Positions 23,226 to 35,750 of a stretch of DNA of 64,000 nucleotides are shown piece by piece. Each line of letters begins with the position of its first letter. Within the stretch, counting starts at the first letter, position 1. The notes under the pieces are model-generated. The model had not been told where the DNA came from, did not search any database, and saw only the letters and a list, made by a program, of their open reading frames with translations. This DNA is from Psammoneis japonica (lineage: Eukaryota). Where the stretch lies: NCBI GenBank assembly GCA_008632985.1, contig QPGO01000011.1, positions 434,001 to 498,000 of the forward strand. The letters are read 5' to 3'. The translations under genes and the position numbers were made by a program.

Positions 23226-23968
23226 TCAGGCTGACGTCTTGATCTTCTTGGGTGCCGGCTCAAGGTCTTCATCCTCGTCCTCGAAATCATCCGGATCTTC
23301 TGCGTCACTTGCAGCAACATCGTCATCTGACTCGCCCCCTTCAGGAATGAAATCCTCGGCGGCATCTCCCGGATCCTCTGTATATTCCCTCCCCACAAGC
23401 ATCGCAGTACCGAGCTGTTCTTCATCGTCAGATCCTACATCAGAGTCGCCCCCTTGACTTTCCCCGTCATCATTTTCTTGCTCTTCTGCATCGCTTTCAC
23501 CTTCACTTGTCGCGACTTGATCATCCTCGTCCTCAACCTCTTCTTGATCGTCGTTATCACTTGACGCTGCCGCGTCATCGTCTTCTTCTTCCCCATCTTC
23601 GTCTCCCTCGACGTCACTGGTAGCCCCTTCCCCGTCATCGGTGACTTCAACTTGTTCTTCGTCATCCTCGTACTCATCAACCTCCTCGCCATCGTCCTCT
23701 TCCTCTGTATCTTCGTCCCCCAAATCTGAAACAAAACGGTTAACAATCGTGACGTTAGCAAACTCAATCGCCAAAACGACAAGAAATGATTCTACGGTAA
23801 CAAGTTAGAAAGCCACCACTCACCAACTTCAGCTTCCTCATCGTCCTCCTCTTCCTCTTCATCATCATTTTCAGTGCCGGTAGCCTCCACACCCTCATCT
23901 TCGTCGCCAGAGGCATCCTCTTGAACAACCTGGAGGTCATCGTCCTCCTCTTCGTCTGTGTCTACCAT
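23226..23968 (-). CDS. Highly acidic (D/E) nuclear protein, 2 exons (23968-23824, 23725-23226); possible histone chaperone
   Basis: D/E-rich frames joined by GTGAGT..TTTCAG intron; C-terminal NLS-like PAPKKIK. Confidence 0.75.
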
Positions 23969-25477
23969 CTTGTGGTGGTATATCGGTAAGTCTGTAGAGT
24001 CCAAAAACAAAAGGTGGCAGTGTGAGAGTCGTCGTGCAGGTCGACATGACACAAAACGTGACGGAACAGTCCGGGAACGCGAAAAGCGCGACCAAAACCA
24101 AAAAGGAATTCCAAATTTTGTCACATGACGTCATGACGGTTGGGAATCGCAATCCGGTGTAGAATGTGGTACAAGTTACACGTAACAACCTCACTTAGAG
24201 AGTCAATAAAATATAAGCATACAGAATGAAGATGAAAAGAACGTTTCAGTATCAAAAAAGTGATAAGAAAAACGAATTACATGTGTGAAGAAACAGAATG
24301 TTGATTGCAGCGCGCGCCGAACATGGCTAAAACATCAAGAGTACTGATTCCTACGTAAACCTACGCGTGAATCAAAACGATCGTTCACGTAGGCCGTGGT
24401 ACAAAATGTACGGAAGGGCCATGTCGATGATTCGAATGTCACCACCGCCCGAGCGATCGGAAGCGCTGAAAAACGAAATCCCACCGACAAAGGCGCATGG
24501 GAACAGACATGACGAGACGGTTCCTGGGTGAAGAACATGATGCACGAACTAGACAGCAACAACACACTATAACGCAAACTAGCAAGAGACGTGACATGAA
24601 TTTTCAGCCCAGTATTCTTCGATACAGCCCCTCTGATTCACAAACAACTGAAAAAAATCATGTCACGACCCGTCGGCTCAACAAAATCATGGAAAAAGAG
24701 ACGACGAAGCACGTTCTCAACGAAACAAAAGACACCGCATGTGTTCTTGAGGACATAGAAGTGATGCAGCGTAAACTTACAGTCAATCGACGTAATCTTT
24801 GCGGTCAATGGCCAAAAAGTGGCAACTCTTGGGTGAATTGTGTGAACAAAAAGTGATTTTGGCAGTCGCAGCTTTTGCGATTTGCAAGTCCGGGAATTCC
24901 TCTGTAGAAACAATACGAAAGCCTACAGATTTTTTGGATGCCTCTGTAGAACACCGTAGAAAATGTATGTGGCCGTTTATTTATGGGAGCTGAGCTGTCA
25001 GCCAATCAAAATGTTCCATCTCTCATACATGGTTGACGTTCAACTCGCCGTGAAAGAAAATCGCGGCAAGCGATAATGTTTGGGCCGTAGAAAATGTACT
25101 GCTGACCAACCTATTGATGTAAATAAAAATATACATTTTTTAATATATTGTAAATTTACCTTCACTACTGAAATGTTCATTCCGTTGGCAGCCAGAAGCC
25201 CCCCCAGAGCGAACACGTCGACGCACGCGCACGGAGAGAAAACAAAGGCGCACGTCTTTGCCCTTCTGTTTTCATGGGCCGTCCGTATGATGCAACTCTG
25301 CTGTCCTTTTGAGCTGCGTTTCTGATTTGTGTTTGTTCGTTAGACCACAATAGGCTACCACGAAGGTGCTTTATGCCTGAAGTAGGATTCCCGAGAAGCT
25401 GAGAGTTATTGATAGTTCAGGGATCCTTTTCTTTCTTCGTGGCTGTTTCAGAAGAGCTGTAGAAGTTCTCCGATAAC

Positions 25478-27087
25478 ATGTCGGCAGAGCCGGCGCCTCC
25501 GACAGAAAATGGCGCAGATCCTCCTGGAGAAAAAGATTGGCTCAAGGATGTTGTGTTTCGATTGGCAACTCCGCGGGATATAGCTTCGTGTTTTGAAATT
25601 GAAAAGGCGTCTTACCCACCTGATGAAGCTGCGTCCCGCAGTTCGTTGCAATATCGCCAGCATCACGCAGCTCCTTACTTTTGGTGTGCGGTTTCGGACG
25701 ATGACGATGAGAGTCACGTTTTGGGATTTGTTTGTGCTACAAGGTGCCATGTGTTTGATGAAACATCCATGTCTTCTGTCCACGAAATGGACGGACCTCT
25801 GTTGGCGATACATTCAGTGGCGGTAGCAGAAGAATACCGCAGAGCAGGGTTGGCGACTCGTTTGCTTGCCGTTATGTTGAAGCTATTAAGGAACGAAACC
25901 CCGGAATAGAAAAGCTGGTTTTGATATCCAAGGCTCATTTATTGAGCTTTTATGTCAAGTGTGGCTTCTCGGTGATCAAGCCCAGCCAGATCGTCCATGG
26001 GAAAGACATGTGGTTTCTTGCAGAGATGGATGTTGCACCTCAAAAGACTGGTTATCCGTACTGGGTAGTAGATAGTTTTGCACAAGAAGGTGGAAGCGGC
26101 AATCCTGCGGCAGTAGTGTTGCTGCCATCTCCTGACTTTGACGATTCTAGTAACTGTGAATGGATGAAACGCGTTGGACGAGAATTTAACCTGTCCGAGA
26201 CTGCCTTTGTTTGGCCTCATCACAACGAAGAACTAGATCAAAGACAAGAAAAGACAGCAAGTGACGAGGACAGCGTCGGTGACAAGAATCTTGAGGTCCA
26301 CTATAACATTCGGTATATAACGTGCAACGGTACAGAAGTGGACTTGTGCGGTCATGCAACTCTTGCCTCCGCAGCAGTATTGCTTCAGGAACGAGTTCGA
26401 GTAGCCAACCCGACAGTGTGCTTCCACGCACGTCGAGACACTCTGCGTGCGGCTAGAGCCAAATCCATCGTCAAGCCGAAACAGAAATCACCTCCCCGAC
26501 CATCACTGACGGACATTGTGATACCGCCAACGTCTAGCAATGCCATCAAGATTTCAATGGATTTCCCAAGGAAGGCTCTGCGGGATATCACAGCACCTGC
26601 GGATCGATCAGCTGTTCTAAGCATGATGCGATCAGCTTTCTCCATGTCTGACACAGCAGAGAACATTATATATCTCGGAATTGACCAAGACGATGGCGAT
26701 ATCTTTATTCATGTAACTACAGAGTCCTTCATGCGAATAAGTCACGACAATGTGGACTACAAGGCACTGATGAAATGGGATGGCTATTCCCGCGGCGTCA
26801 TTGTTTGCTGCAAACCTTCCAATGAAGAAGAGGAAGGAAATTATGAAGCAGACGTCGACTTTCTTTCACGTTTCTTTGGACCGAAGGCGGGCATCAACGA
26901 AGACCCCGTCACCGGATCAGCGCACTGCACATTGGGTCCCTACTTCAGTGCCAAGCTCGACAAGGAACGAGTTGTTGGAAAGCAAATGTCACGGCGGGGT
27001 GGCATTGTCGAATGCCTCGTGTCAGAAGATAGAGTCACCATTACAGGTTCGGCGGTCCCTACAATGGAGGGGACGCTTTCAATGTGA
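25478..27087 (+). CDS. GNAT acetyltransferase (AANAT/PAA1-like) fused to PhzF-like isomerase; 1-nt frameshift at ~25869
   Basis: IHSVAVAEEYRRAGLATRLL continues in a shifted frame as RYVEAIK..LISKAHLLSFYVKCGF; then VDSF..GNPAAV, NLSETAF, EVDLCGHATLA, EDPVTGSAHC. Confidence 0.85.
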
Positions 27088-27163
27088 CAGATACCTTGAT
27101 GTAATAATGCGTTTGTGATTGTAATAAGAAGCTAGAGAGAAAAAACCAACCAACGCTTATAGC

Positions 27164-29096
27164 TTACTTTGATTGGCTAACGTCATTCCATAAGCGTCCC
27201 AGCAATTTGTATGCCCGAGGGTCATGCTGTTGCAGTTGCTTTCTATTGAATGGAAACCACTTGTTATGCTCCTCATTGGGACTGAGTCCTCCCAAGAAGG
27301 CTACCGAAAGCTCGGCGAAGTATTCCATGCAATTTGTACATGCATACGCCTTTGCGGTGGGGCCCTGTGATCCGTGAACTCTGACGTTCTCGTACAGTTT
27401 CTCCTCCATGGCTTTTTTATAGCAATCTTGTATTTCTTTGTTGTTATAGCCATCGGGCAGACACTTGAAATGAAAGGCGTGGCATAGCTCATGGAGTAGC
27501 AAACCACCCGGTCCCCAATGATTACAGTCGTCCATGTATTTGCATGCCTCGTATAGCTCAATGCAACCCTTTTTGGTCGGATGCATCCCGTTCTTTTTAG
27601 CCACTCGTCACCAGGATGAAAGCACATGTCCTGACCTCGAATCGGACATGATTTCGGCCCGTACTTGAGAGACTTGTTCACCCAAAGGAGAGTCGGATGC
27701 TTACGTTTCAGTAGCTCACGAGCATGTGTCGGAAGCAATCTGACGCTGCTTTAAATCGGCTTCCAGACGTCGTTCCAGCTTTTTGTCTCCGCCACTCCAG
27801 TCGGCCTCAAGGCGTACGGGCCATCCACCCAATTCACTTCTTCATAATGCTTCTGGCTTGAATCAATTGGATCTGGGTCGCACCCTGCTTCCCTGACCGC
27901 AAGTCTGTACTGAAATGATGATCCGTTCTTTTTCCTGGAAATAGTGATCAAATGAAACCCAGTTTTATTGTCTGCATCAGAGTCATCATCGTCCTGGTCT
28001 CCCGATTCACGAAGGGAAACGCAAGAAGCTCGGTATCCTCCAATAATGGACTTGGTGTCCAACACTTTCCCTTGTCTGATGCGAAGTCGACCTGTTCTTA
28101 TGGTCATTTGTATTTGCTGACTCATTTTCGTCAGGCAATGAAATGGTAAAGGCATCATGTGTGAAGGACCGCTCAATCTTGTCGTTCTCGGTGACGAGCT
28201 TTGCATTGTGAGAACTTATATTTGGCTTTAAGGGACGAAAGTGATGCGGGGTACCATCCTTATTGATCCAACACAATGTCAGTGGAGTTGGTGTGTGTTT
28301 CTAAATGCAAGCCTCACGGGTGATACCAGCCCTCTGTTCGGTGCGGATCGTAAAGTTCCGGTAGAATATGCATCAGCTGCTGTCGACGAGTCCCAAACGT
28401 CGCCCAAAACAGAGCTGCTCCTGGATTCTGATTTTGCTCCAACTGTGTCATGACTCGACTTTTCAGATATCTTTCCTTCACGCACATTGATTTTGTAACT
28501 ATAACGATGCAAGTCATCATTATCAACCCCAAAGCACCCTCTTCTGAGAAAGGTTCCACGTTTTCGTTTTCTCGTGATCGTAACAAAATGCACTGGATTT
28601 TCTTCGTTGAAAGTTTCACTCGAAAAGGTAGGTCGGTATCCTGCTACAATATCAGAGGAGTGTAGCTCCTGATTTTCTGAGTTTTCTTTGTCGCTTGCCT
28701 CTTTTGGAAGTGAAATCGTAAATGCGTGATTGGTGTAGGAACATTCTAATTTGTCTTGGGACCAATCACATCATCAAATTTTGAAGGAATTTTTGAGAGT
28801 GGTTCTAATGTGTAGAAATTATGCGGATGAGACTGCTCTGAAATCCAGCAAAGGACAAGTGGCAATGGCGTAGCATTCCGAAACACCAGTTTTAGTGAAC
28901 TGCTTCCCCCAGCACTTCTGGACCTCAGTCTGGATTGTTCAAAGGCTTGCGCAGCCGTATCGGAATTCCAGATGTCTCCTAATTCTGAAGATGGAGCCTT
29001 GTTACCAAACGATCTAGATAAGAACGACTTGATGAAGCTCCATTGACTCTTGTTTGCGTGATTGCGTGACGTTGTCGTTGACAGCGGTCGTCCCAT
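27164..29096 (-). CDS. Two tandem VHL-beta-like repeats plus C-terminal HExxH zinc metallopeptidase-like domain; at least five frameshifts
   Basis: Two copies of LGD(I/V)W..L(V/A)FRN..LCWI..H(N/H)F..AFTISLP..GYR; then LLLHELCHAFH and MEYFAELS, spread over several overlapping ORFs. Confidence 0.7.
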
Positions 29097-29432
29097 GGTG
29101 CAGTACAACTATGAATGTTGTTTCTCCGATGACCCGCGTCCCTCATTACGTACAGTATTTTTCGCGCCTTTTTTTCTCTTTTTCTCTCTTGTCGGATGCA
29201 ATTCCCGATTCCCATGGACGAGCGACAGATTGATTATGACTCTCCAGTCACGCGGGAAACTTTGTTCTTATTCACTTCTGTAGTATTGGATTTCGAAGTA
29301 TCATGTTGACTGTACATGAGTTGCTCACAATTTCAAGTCAGATTTGAAATTTGCGTAGATCTTGATGTCATGTGAAGTCGTGCCATTTTTGTTCAGCCCC
29401 GGGACTACGACTACAATTGCAACAAATTGACA

Positions 29433-30220
29433 ATGAGCCTAAGTGACCGTTCAAAAAAGTTCATTAGGTACGAAGTATCCAAGGCTTTTTCCTTCTTTCT
29501 TTTGACGTATCTTGGGGCTGACATTTTCTTGCTTGTGTCGTGTGTCGCAGGTGGACGATCCTGGGTCTCTCGATCCTTGCATTCATATTTGTTTGCGTTG
29601 CGATAGGTCGCTGTTCCTTTATAGACGGAATCGGTCTATTCAGTTTTCAAGTTAGTGACGGAAGATGCCTACGCTACGAAAGTCAGAATTTTGAAGCATC
29701 CTTCAAGGCGGGACGAGCTTTCGGGGTCATGGCTGCGATTTTTATGGGGATGAATATGATTCTTGTCGCAGCAATTCAGATATTTTTAGATATTGAAGAA
29801 GCAAAGTTGAGGAATAAGCTTTGGCTGGTCGTTCGCATCCTCTTCATCGTGTCATTCGGTTGGCAGGTTTTGACTTTTTCGGCATATGGCATTTGCGATG
29901 GCTCTTGTGATATTGGGGCTGCTGGCGTTATTGGCATTATAAACATTTTCGTCCTTCTGGCGTTGATCACATTGAGTTGGTTAGTACCTCCTCCTGTATA
30001 TCCGCTTCTTCTGGTACAATTCTATGATCCTCGCCAGCCTCGCGGTATGCGTAATTCCAAGTCGGAGCAACCCATTCCCGGTACGAATTCAGAGGACCTC
30101 CTTGGAGTGGTGCAAACTAGCAAAACAACCATTGTGAATGGACCGAATGGAGAGACAATCACAACAAAGGAAGTAAAACATGCGGATGGCTCGAAGACAG
30201 TCACAAGAACAGTAGTATAA
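29433..30220 (+). CDS. Four-TM claudin-like membrane protein (paralog 1), short first exon
   Basis: ATG 29433, GTACG..GCAG intron ending ~29550; CSF, GLF, KAGRAFGVMAA; 4 hydrophobic segments. Confidence 0.75.
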
Positions 30221-30484
30221 TATAATTCACGTTCAGAGAAAGAACAAACCGATGTTTCGCACTCAGGACAGCGCTCGACTGGATTTTATGAGATGTCTAA
30301 TACTATATGCAAGTACAACACCAAGGAAATGTCACTACGAGAAAAGAATATTGTTTGTGAGTAGCACACCCTCCACCTCTGGTAGCCCTACATGACAAAT
30401 GGTAACGCAATCATGCAGAGTTGACCAAAGACAGACCCGTCCCCACTAAGCTTTAAAAACTCACATTCCCCAGGACCTTTAAAT

Positions 30485-31400
30485 CTACGCTTCGCCATAC
30501 TTTCCTGCATGAGATCCCGAAGCAGCGGAAGTCTGAATCGGCTCCATCTGTTCGACCGTCTCCGTAATTGTTTTCGAACCATCCGCATGCGTGACCTCTT
30601 TTGTAGTAATCTTTTCTCCATTGGGTGTTTCCACAACTGTAATCTTGATTGTGTCTCCCGGCGCCTCCTCATCCCCTGACACGTCGTCTTGGCGTTCTTC
30701 GTATGGGATTTCAACGGGCTCATTCGTTGCTTCCTGGACTGGAACTGCTGGTGGCCCTGGATCTATTTCTTCTGCTCCGTACCTTCTCACTGACAGCATT
30801 GGGTGCTCAGGTCCAGGTATCAACCAGCTCATGACAATCAATGCTAACAAGATGAAAATGTTAAGAATCGCGATTACACCGGCAGCGCCGACACCGCAGC
30901 TGCCACCATCACAAATGCTGAAAGCAGAAAAAGTGATTATCTGGCAAATGAATCCAATGATAAAGAGGATCCGGACTGCTAACCACATCCAGTTTCTCTT
31001 CTTTTCATCTCGAATCTCGGCAAACACGTGTATTACAATCACGAGAGCCATGTTAAAGGAAATCGCGAGCGCAGCCATGACACCGAAAGCTCGTCCAGCT
31101 TTGAATCCCGAGTCAAAGTTTTCCTTTGCAAAGTCTGAGTATGCCAGGCATCGACTGTCACTCACTTCAGAGCTGAAAAGACCAAAGCCATCCCCATCAG
31201 CATCGATGAAGGAGCAATGATTCAATGCAACGCAAACAAAAATGAATGCCAGGACCGACAAGCCGAGTACGGCCCACCTGACATTGGCGAAAACACAAAA
31301 CACGGTGAGACTTCACGACTTCACCAATCGATTTAGTAAAAAGTACAATGAGTAGAAGAATTTACCTTATATACTTTTGAGCACCCTCTCCGAGCGGCAT
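30485..31400 (-). CDS. Four-TM claudin-like membrane protein (paralog 2), short first exon
   Basis: Homologous to 29433-30220 with the same intron position; shared TTKEV.HADGSKT tail. Confidence 0.75.
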
Positions 31401-31720
31401 GATCGAAACAAGTTCTCAGTTTCGGACGCAAGGGTGTGAAAACAAAATGATATTTATCGTCAAGTTATCGTGCTTTCATTCGCGGCTTCGCACATGTTCC
31501 GGGTTATTGGGGATGTGTGGCGCAATCCTTGCTCGTGCTTTCCTCCCACAGTTCCGTTACCGTGCGGTGCTACAGTAGATGAGTTACCATCGGTGTATCA
31601 CATCATGTTAGCTTGCTTTATAATATACTGGTAGGTCATAAATGTATTTGTTGCTAGATGACCGCACCGATATCTGGTTCCGCAGGACAGCGCACATTAT
31701 AGGGCCTTAGGGCCCTACTT

Positions 31721-33025
31721 CTAGAATATCTCATCCAACTTCTCGGCAGCGCGCTCGACAGCTACTTCGGTAGCATTAATGGGAGCTAAAATCCACTTGG
31801 GAAGAATGACAGTATCCTTTCCTTTTTCAGCTCTGCATCGGCACACCACTCCAATAGCCACGAGCGCCAGCATCAATAATCCACCTGAAGTTCCTTCAAT
31901 CATGTCTCCTAAACGTGCTACGAGCCTTATAAAAATGCTATCATTCTCGTCCACTTCATCCCAGCATATGGTGTTTACAAAATTTCGAATACCTCGGAAT
32001 GTAACTGCCGACGAGACAAATGCAGCGTTCAAGTATCGAGATGCTTTGTTGTGCAATACGACAAGATATCCTGCTGCAGTGAACAACACGAATTCCGCAG
32101 TCTTTTCAATCTTCACCAGTGTCTCTTCGTCGACAGGCACATTTGATATCGGCAACGATTTTCTATGAATGAACCTGGCGATGGGATAGCCAAGCTTTGA
32201 ATTTGTATCAAGAAAGAGAGTTCCGAGGTTGACAAAAACGCACCAACGCGAAACAATCATCCCAACAATCTTCTGGCGCTTTCCTGGTGCATCTTCATCT
32301 CCGCTCGACGCCATGACAGCTAGAAGCTGAAAGATAAAACCTTTTGTAATGTCAAAGATCTCATCTAAATCGAGCGCCCTCCATACTTGTTTCAAACTCG
32401 AGCCTGCTCGGACAAGTCGTTTCATATCTCGCTGAAAGTTTTTGATCTCTCGCGTCTTCATGCGTTTAAGGATCGACGCCTCTTTGGGCGTCACCACACC
32501 ATCTGCTCTAGCTTTTCGGGTCTCTACCAAAATTTGCTTTGCATCTCTTATACGGTCATCTAGCGTTGTCATACTTTTGGTTGCCATGGCAAACGACGGG
32601 GAATTCCAGAGAACCGAGAAAACAGCTTGGCGAACATTTCTCTTCAATTCTTGAACTGCTCTCGAAATCTTGTCATACCCAGTGGATCGTAACATGGTTA
32701 TTACATGAACTTGACCGCGAAACTCTTTGGAATTTAGCAACAGCGACAGTCCATAAATGGTGGTCCCGACTGATTTTGTGGTTGGAATGACAAGGTCCTT
32801 GACATCCTTGACTTCATGGTCCTCCTCGAGGGGATTTTTGATCATATCGGATATACCGTCACCAGCCTGCTCAAACACGGCTCTCGCCTTTGCAGTGACT
32901 ATATCCAAATAACTATGGTAATTAAATTCAGCATGTTCTTCTGCACGAGCACTCCTAAAAACTAGAAAAAGCAAGGAGTACAAGATCAAGGACGTGCCCC
33001 GTGCAGAAAGACGCGACGAAGACAT
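31721..33025 (-). CDS. Hypothetical protein with signal peptide and several hydrophobic segments
   Basis: 434-aa uninterrupted ORF with ordinary composition; no recognised family. Confidence 0.7.
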   Translation of the reverse strand: MSSSRLSARGTSLILYSLLFLVFRSARAEEHAEFNYHSYLDIVTAKARAVFEQAGDGISDMIKNPLEEDHEVKDVKDLVIPTTKSVGTTIYGLSLLLNSKEFRGQVHVITMLRSTGYDKISRAVQELKRNVRQAVFSVLWNSPSFAMATKSMTTLDDRIRDAKQILVETRKARADGVVTPKEASILKRMKTREIKNFQRDMKRLVRAGSSLKQVWRALDLDEIFDITKGFIFQLLAVMASSGDEDAPGKRQKIVGMIVSRWCVFVNLGTLFLDTNSKLGYPIARFIHRKSLPISNVPVDEETLVKIEKTAEFVLFTAAGYLVVLHNKASRYLNAAFVSSAVTFRGIRNFVNTICWDEVDENDSIFIRLVARLGDMIEGTSGGLLMLALVAIGVVCRCRAEKGKDTVILPKWILAPINATEVAVERAAEKLDEIF

Positions 33026-33700
33026 GTTGGAAAGTGCTATCGGAATAGCAAGTTCTCCTTTTCTTGGCGCGGCCGCCCCTTGGTAACCTCTCGATGCCGT
33101 TCCTCTAATCCTCTTCTCGGGCTACCTTGCATGTCGGATGTCGATGTCAAGGTTCAACTCAAAAGATCTCTTCCTTCGTCGTTTGTCGTTTCTCCTTCCA
33201 TTGTCAAAAATACATATTCGTGAATGAATACAAAAATGAGGATGACGTAATGTAATCGAAATGGGCGGGTGTACTTCGAAAATGCTAGCCAGCTGGATGG
33301 CCCGCCAGGATTCTCAATTCATACGTATGTAGCTCTCTCTCTAGACTACTCTCTCTACTCTAGTAGAGCTAGCTATAACATAGCTATTAGAGAGTGTGTA
33401 TTTGATAGAGATTTGATTACGATTGAATTGTTTTGAATGAATTTACGCCAAGGGGATGGTACCTATTTGCATGTCATACTGTACATCCAAAACTGCAAGG
33501 GTTGAAAACTGGTGTTGTCTCTGGGAGAGTGAATGTTCGACCTCATACGACATTTCTCCTTGGAGGGATACAGCAGGTTTGATTTAGTTGTAAAGGAGCT
33601 TTTCTGCTCCTCGGCAAAAAAGGTCCGATGGCATGAAACATTTTAGAGCGAGTCGTACCGAATTAACCGACATCCCATCAGAACATACCGTGTTGGTATA

Positions 33701-35327
33701 CTAAACGGAGCTAAACTTTTGAATCAAACTGTCCACAGCAGCCCGATTCCTCAGTTTGCCAGCTGGCTTCATGTCAAAATCTATCAGCTTGACAGAATAA
33801 TCAATTAAGCATCCAGCATGGTTGTTGTTGGCATCCAGAAAGATTCTCCCAGCTGAATCGCTTCCTTGAGTAGCAACCACCTTGCAGCAACGGGAACCGA
33901 CATCTTCGTCTTGCTCATGCGAGAATTGTGCCTTGAATGACGTTGGAGCATCCACAGAGTACAGAGTTACAAAGAAACTGACATCGCACATTGACAGGGA
34001 CAAGAGCCAGTTCTGCAACAAAAACACGCATTCTTCTTTTGATAGCTGCTGCAAATCACCACGGCATCTGAATGGGCTTGATCCAGCCATTTCTGGTAAT
34101 CACCCCCCACCGAACCTTGACGTTGCAACTGCGAGCAAAAGATTGAACAAAATCGCAGTACTTACTGAGCGAGGAACAAGGACGAGGTACCACGAGTGGA
34201 CTTGCAGCTAGCATGCTCACAAGATGCTCACCCCCGCTTCCCATCTTGTCAGAGACCATCAGCTCGTCCAGTAGTTTCTCGGCCTCAGCATGGGACTGAT
34301 TGCAAAGCTGGATGAGGCGAGTAAAAATGAGAACTGCGCCATTGTCGTCAATGATGTCAAGCATTTGCAAATCCAACAGATTGGCAAACAGCTGAGATTC
34401 CGCTCGCATAATAGATGTGAGTACTTGGGTCAAGACACGAGAAAGCTTAAGCTCGTCTGTCATTCCGAGCACTTGCTGTAGGGCACACTTAATGACCTTA
34501 CAATCTGTTTGATCAACAGTAGTCCCATCCAGCACTGGTAGTTGCTCAGCGTTCCTGGACTGGCACCATACTTTGAGGTTGTTCTGGGGACATCGCCAGA
34601 GTTCATGAAGCGCCTTTTGAATTCTAATGTCATCATTGGAGAACAAATCAAGCGGACAATACCGACTCACAGAAAAGTCATGGCTATTATGCCAACCTTT
34701 CGAAACATATCCCTCCGATTGTAGCTTTTGTAAGATATGAAACTTGGTGTACTGATACTTTGCACGACAACGAGGGTCGACCAGGGGAGAAACTGCTCGA
34801 TAGCCAGCTTTGGGTTTGACCTCAACGCTTAGACATGTACTACATCCATGTGTTTCAGGGTTTCTGTAATTGTCATGTACCGTAGCATGAACAGCCGCCT
34901 TCCCACTCACCACGCCTTGCTTCAATACTCCCAACCAATCCGCTCTCCGACTCGAAGGGATCTTTCCGCTGGCCAGCGCCTCATGCCGCAGTTTTGACAC
35001 AAACTCTCCTGAAAGAGACACTGTCTCTGATTCATCTAAATAGTGAGTTAAGGCCGGGGACAAGAGTTTTTGGGCCGAAATGTGATTGCTTCGCGAGTCG
35101 TCGTTGCACCTACTACCGGTAGCAGAGAAGGTACCGTTGAGCGCAGCCACCATTTCTTTCTTATTGATTCTCATAACTTTTCCTCGCAAATGTTTACAGC
35201 ATTGATGCATCGACTCATAAGCAAACACGGCGTGCTTTCCTCCTTCAGCGACATACGTCCAACGTCGAGGATCCATGCATTGCTCGCACGCGAGAGCACA
35301 CGAGACGTTCTGCGAGTTGAAAGGCAT
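33701..35327 (-). CDS. IPK1: Inositol-pentakisphosphate 2-kinase; frameshift(s) near 34060-34130
   Basis: YVAEGG, VEVKPKAG, YCPLDLFS, PQNNLK, SLSMCDVSFFV, KLIDFDMKP motifs across two ORFs. Confidence 0.8.
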
Positions 35328-35750
35328 GGGTAAGCATCAAGATCTTTTGCGTTTATTCAAGTCTAGATCAGCGGATTTTTCACAAGGTGGGTCTAGAGAA
35401 AAGGGACATGAGAAAACATACCAACGCGATGGTTGCGTTGCTTTCAACAGCGGCCATGTTCATTGTGTCATCGTCGAAAATCGCTTTCGCGTTGTTTGCG
35501 TCTGTCGTCTGTCGTCATCTTGTGAACAACAGGAACTTCGGCGAAATCCACGCCGAGTAACCGCCACCCATCTCACGACTCACACGCGACAAAAGAATTT
35601 CAAAAATTCAAGGCAGATCGATCGATCCAACGCAGGAACACAATCGAAAGCGCCCATTCTACTTGCTGTTCTTTCGTCTTTCGTGCTCACAAATTCTCAA
35701 CTGCTGAATTTCGAACCGAAAAATCCTTTTCTATCTATCCCTCAAGCACC

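Noticed and set aside
24124..24135. catgacgtcatg CRE/aureochrome-like palindrome (also tgacgtca at ~38393)
   Set aside because: Short motif expected by chance in 64 kb; no supporting evidence
24497..24993. Short ORFs as a gene
   Set aside because: No recognisable motifs or clear splice structure
25860..25875. Programmed ribosomal frameshift in GNAT-PhzF
   Set aside because: No slippery heptamer; similar breaks in many neighbouring genes favour assembly error
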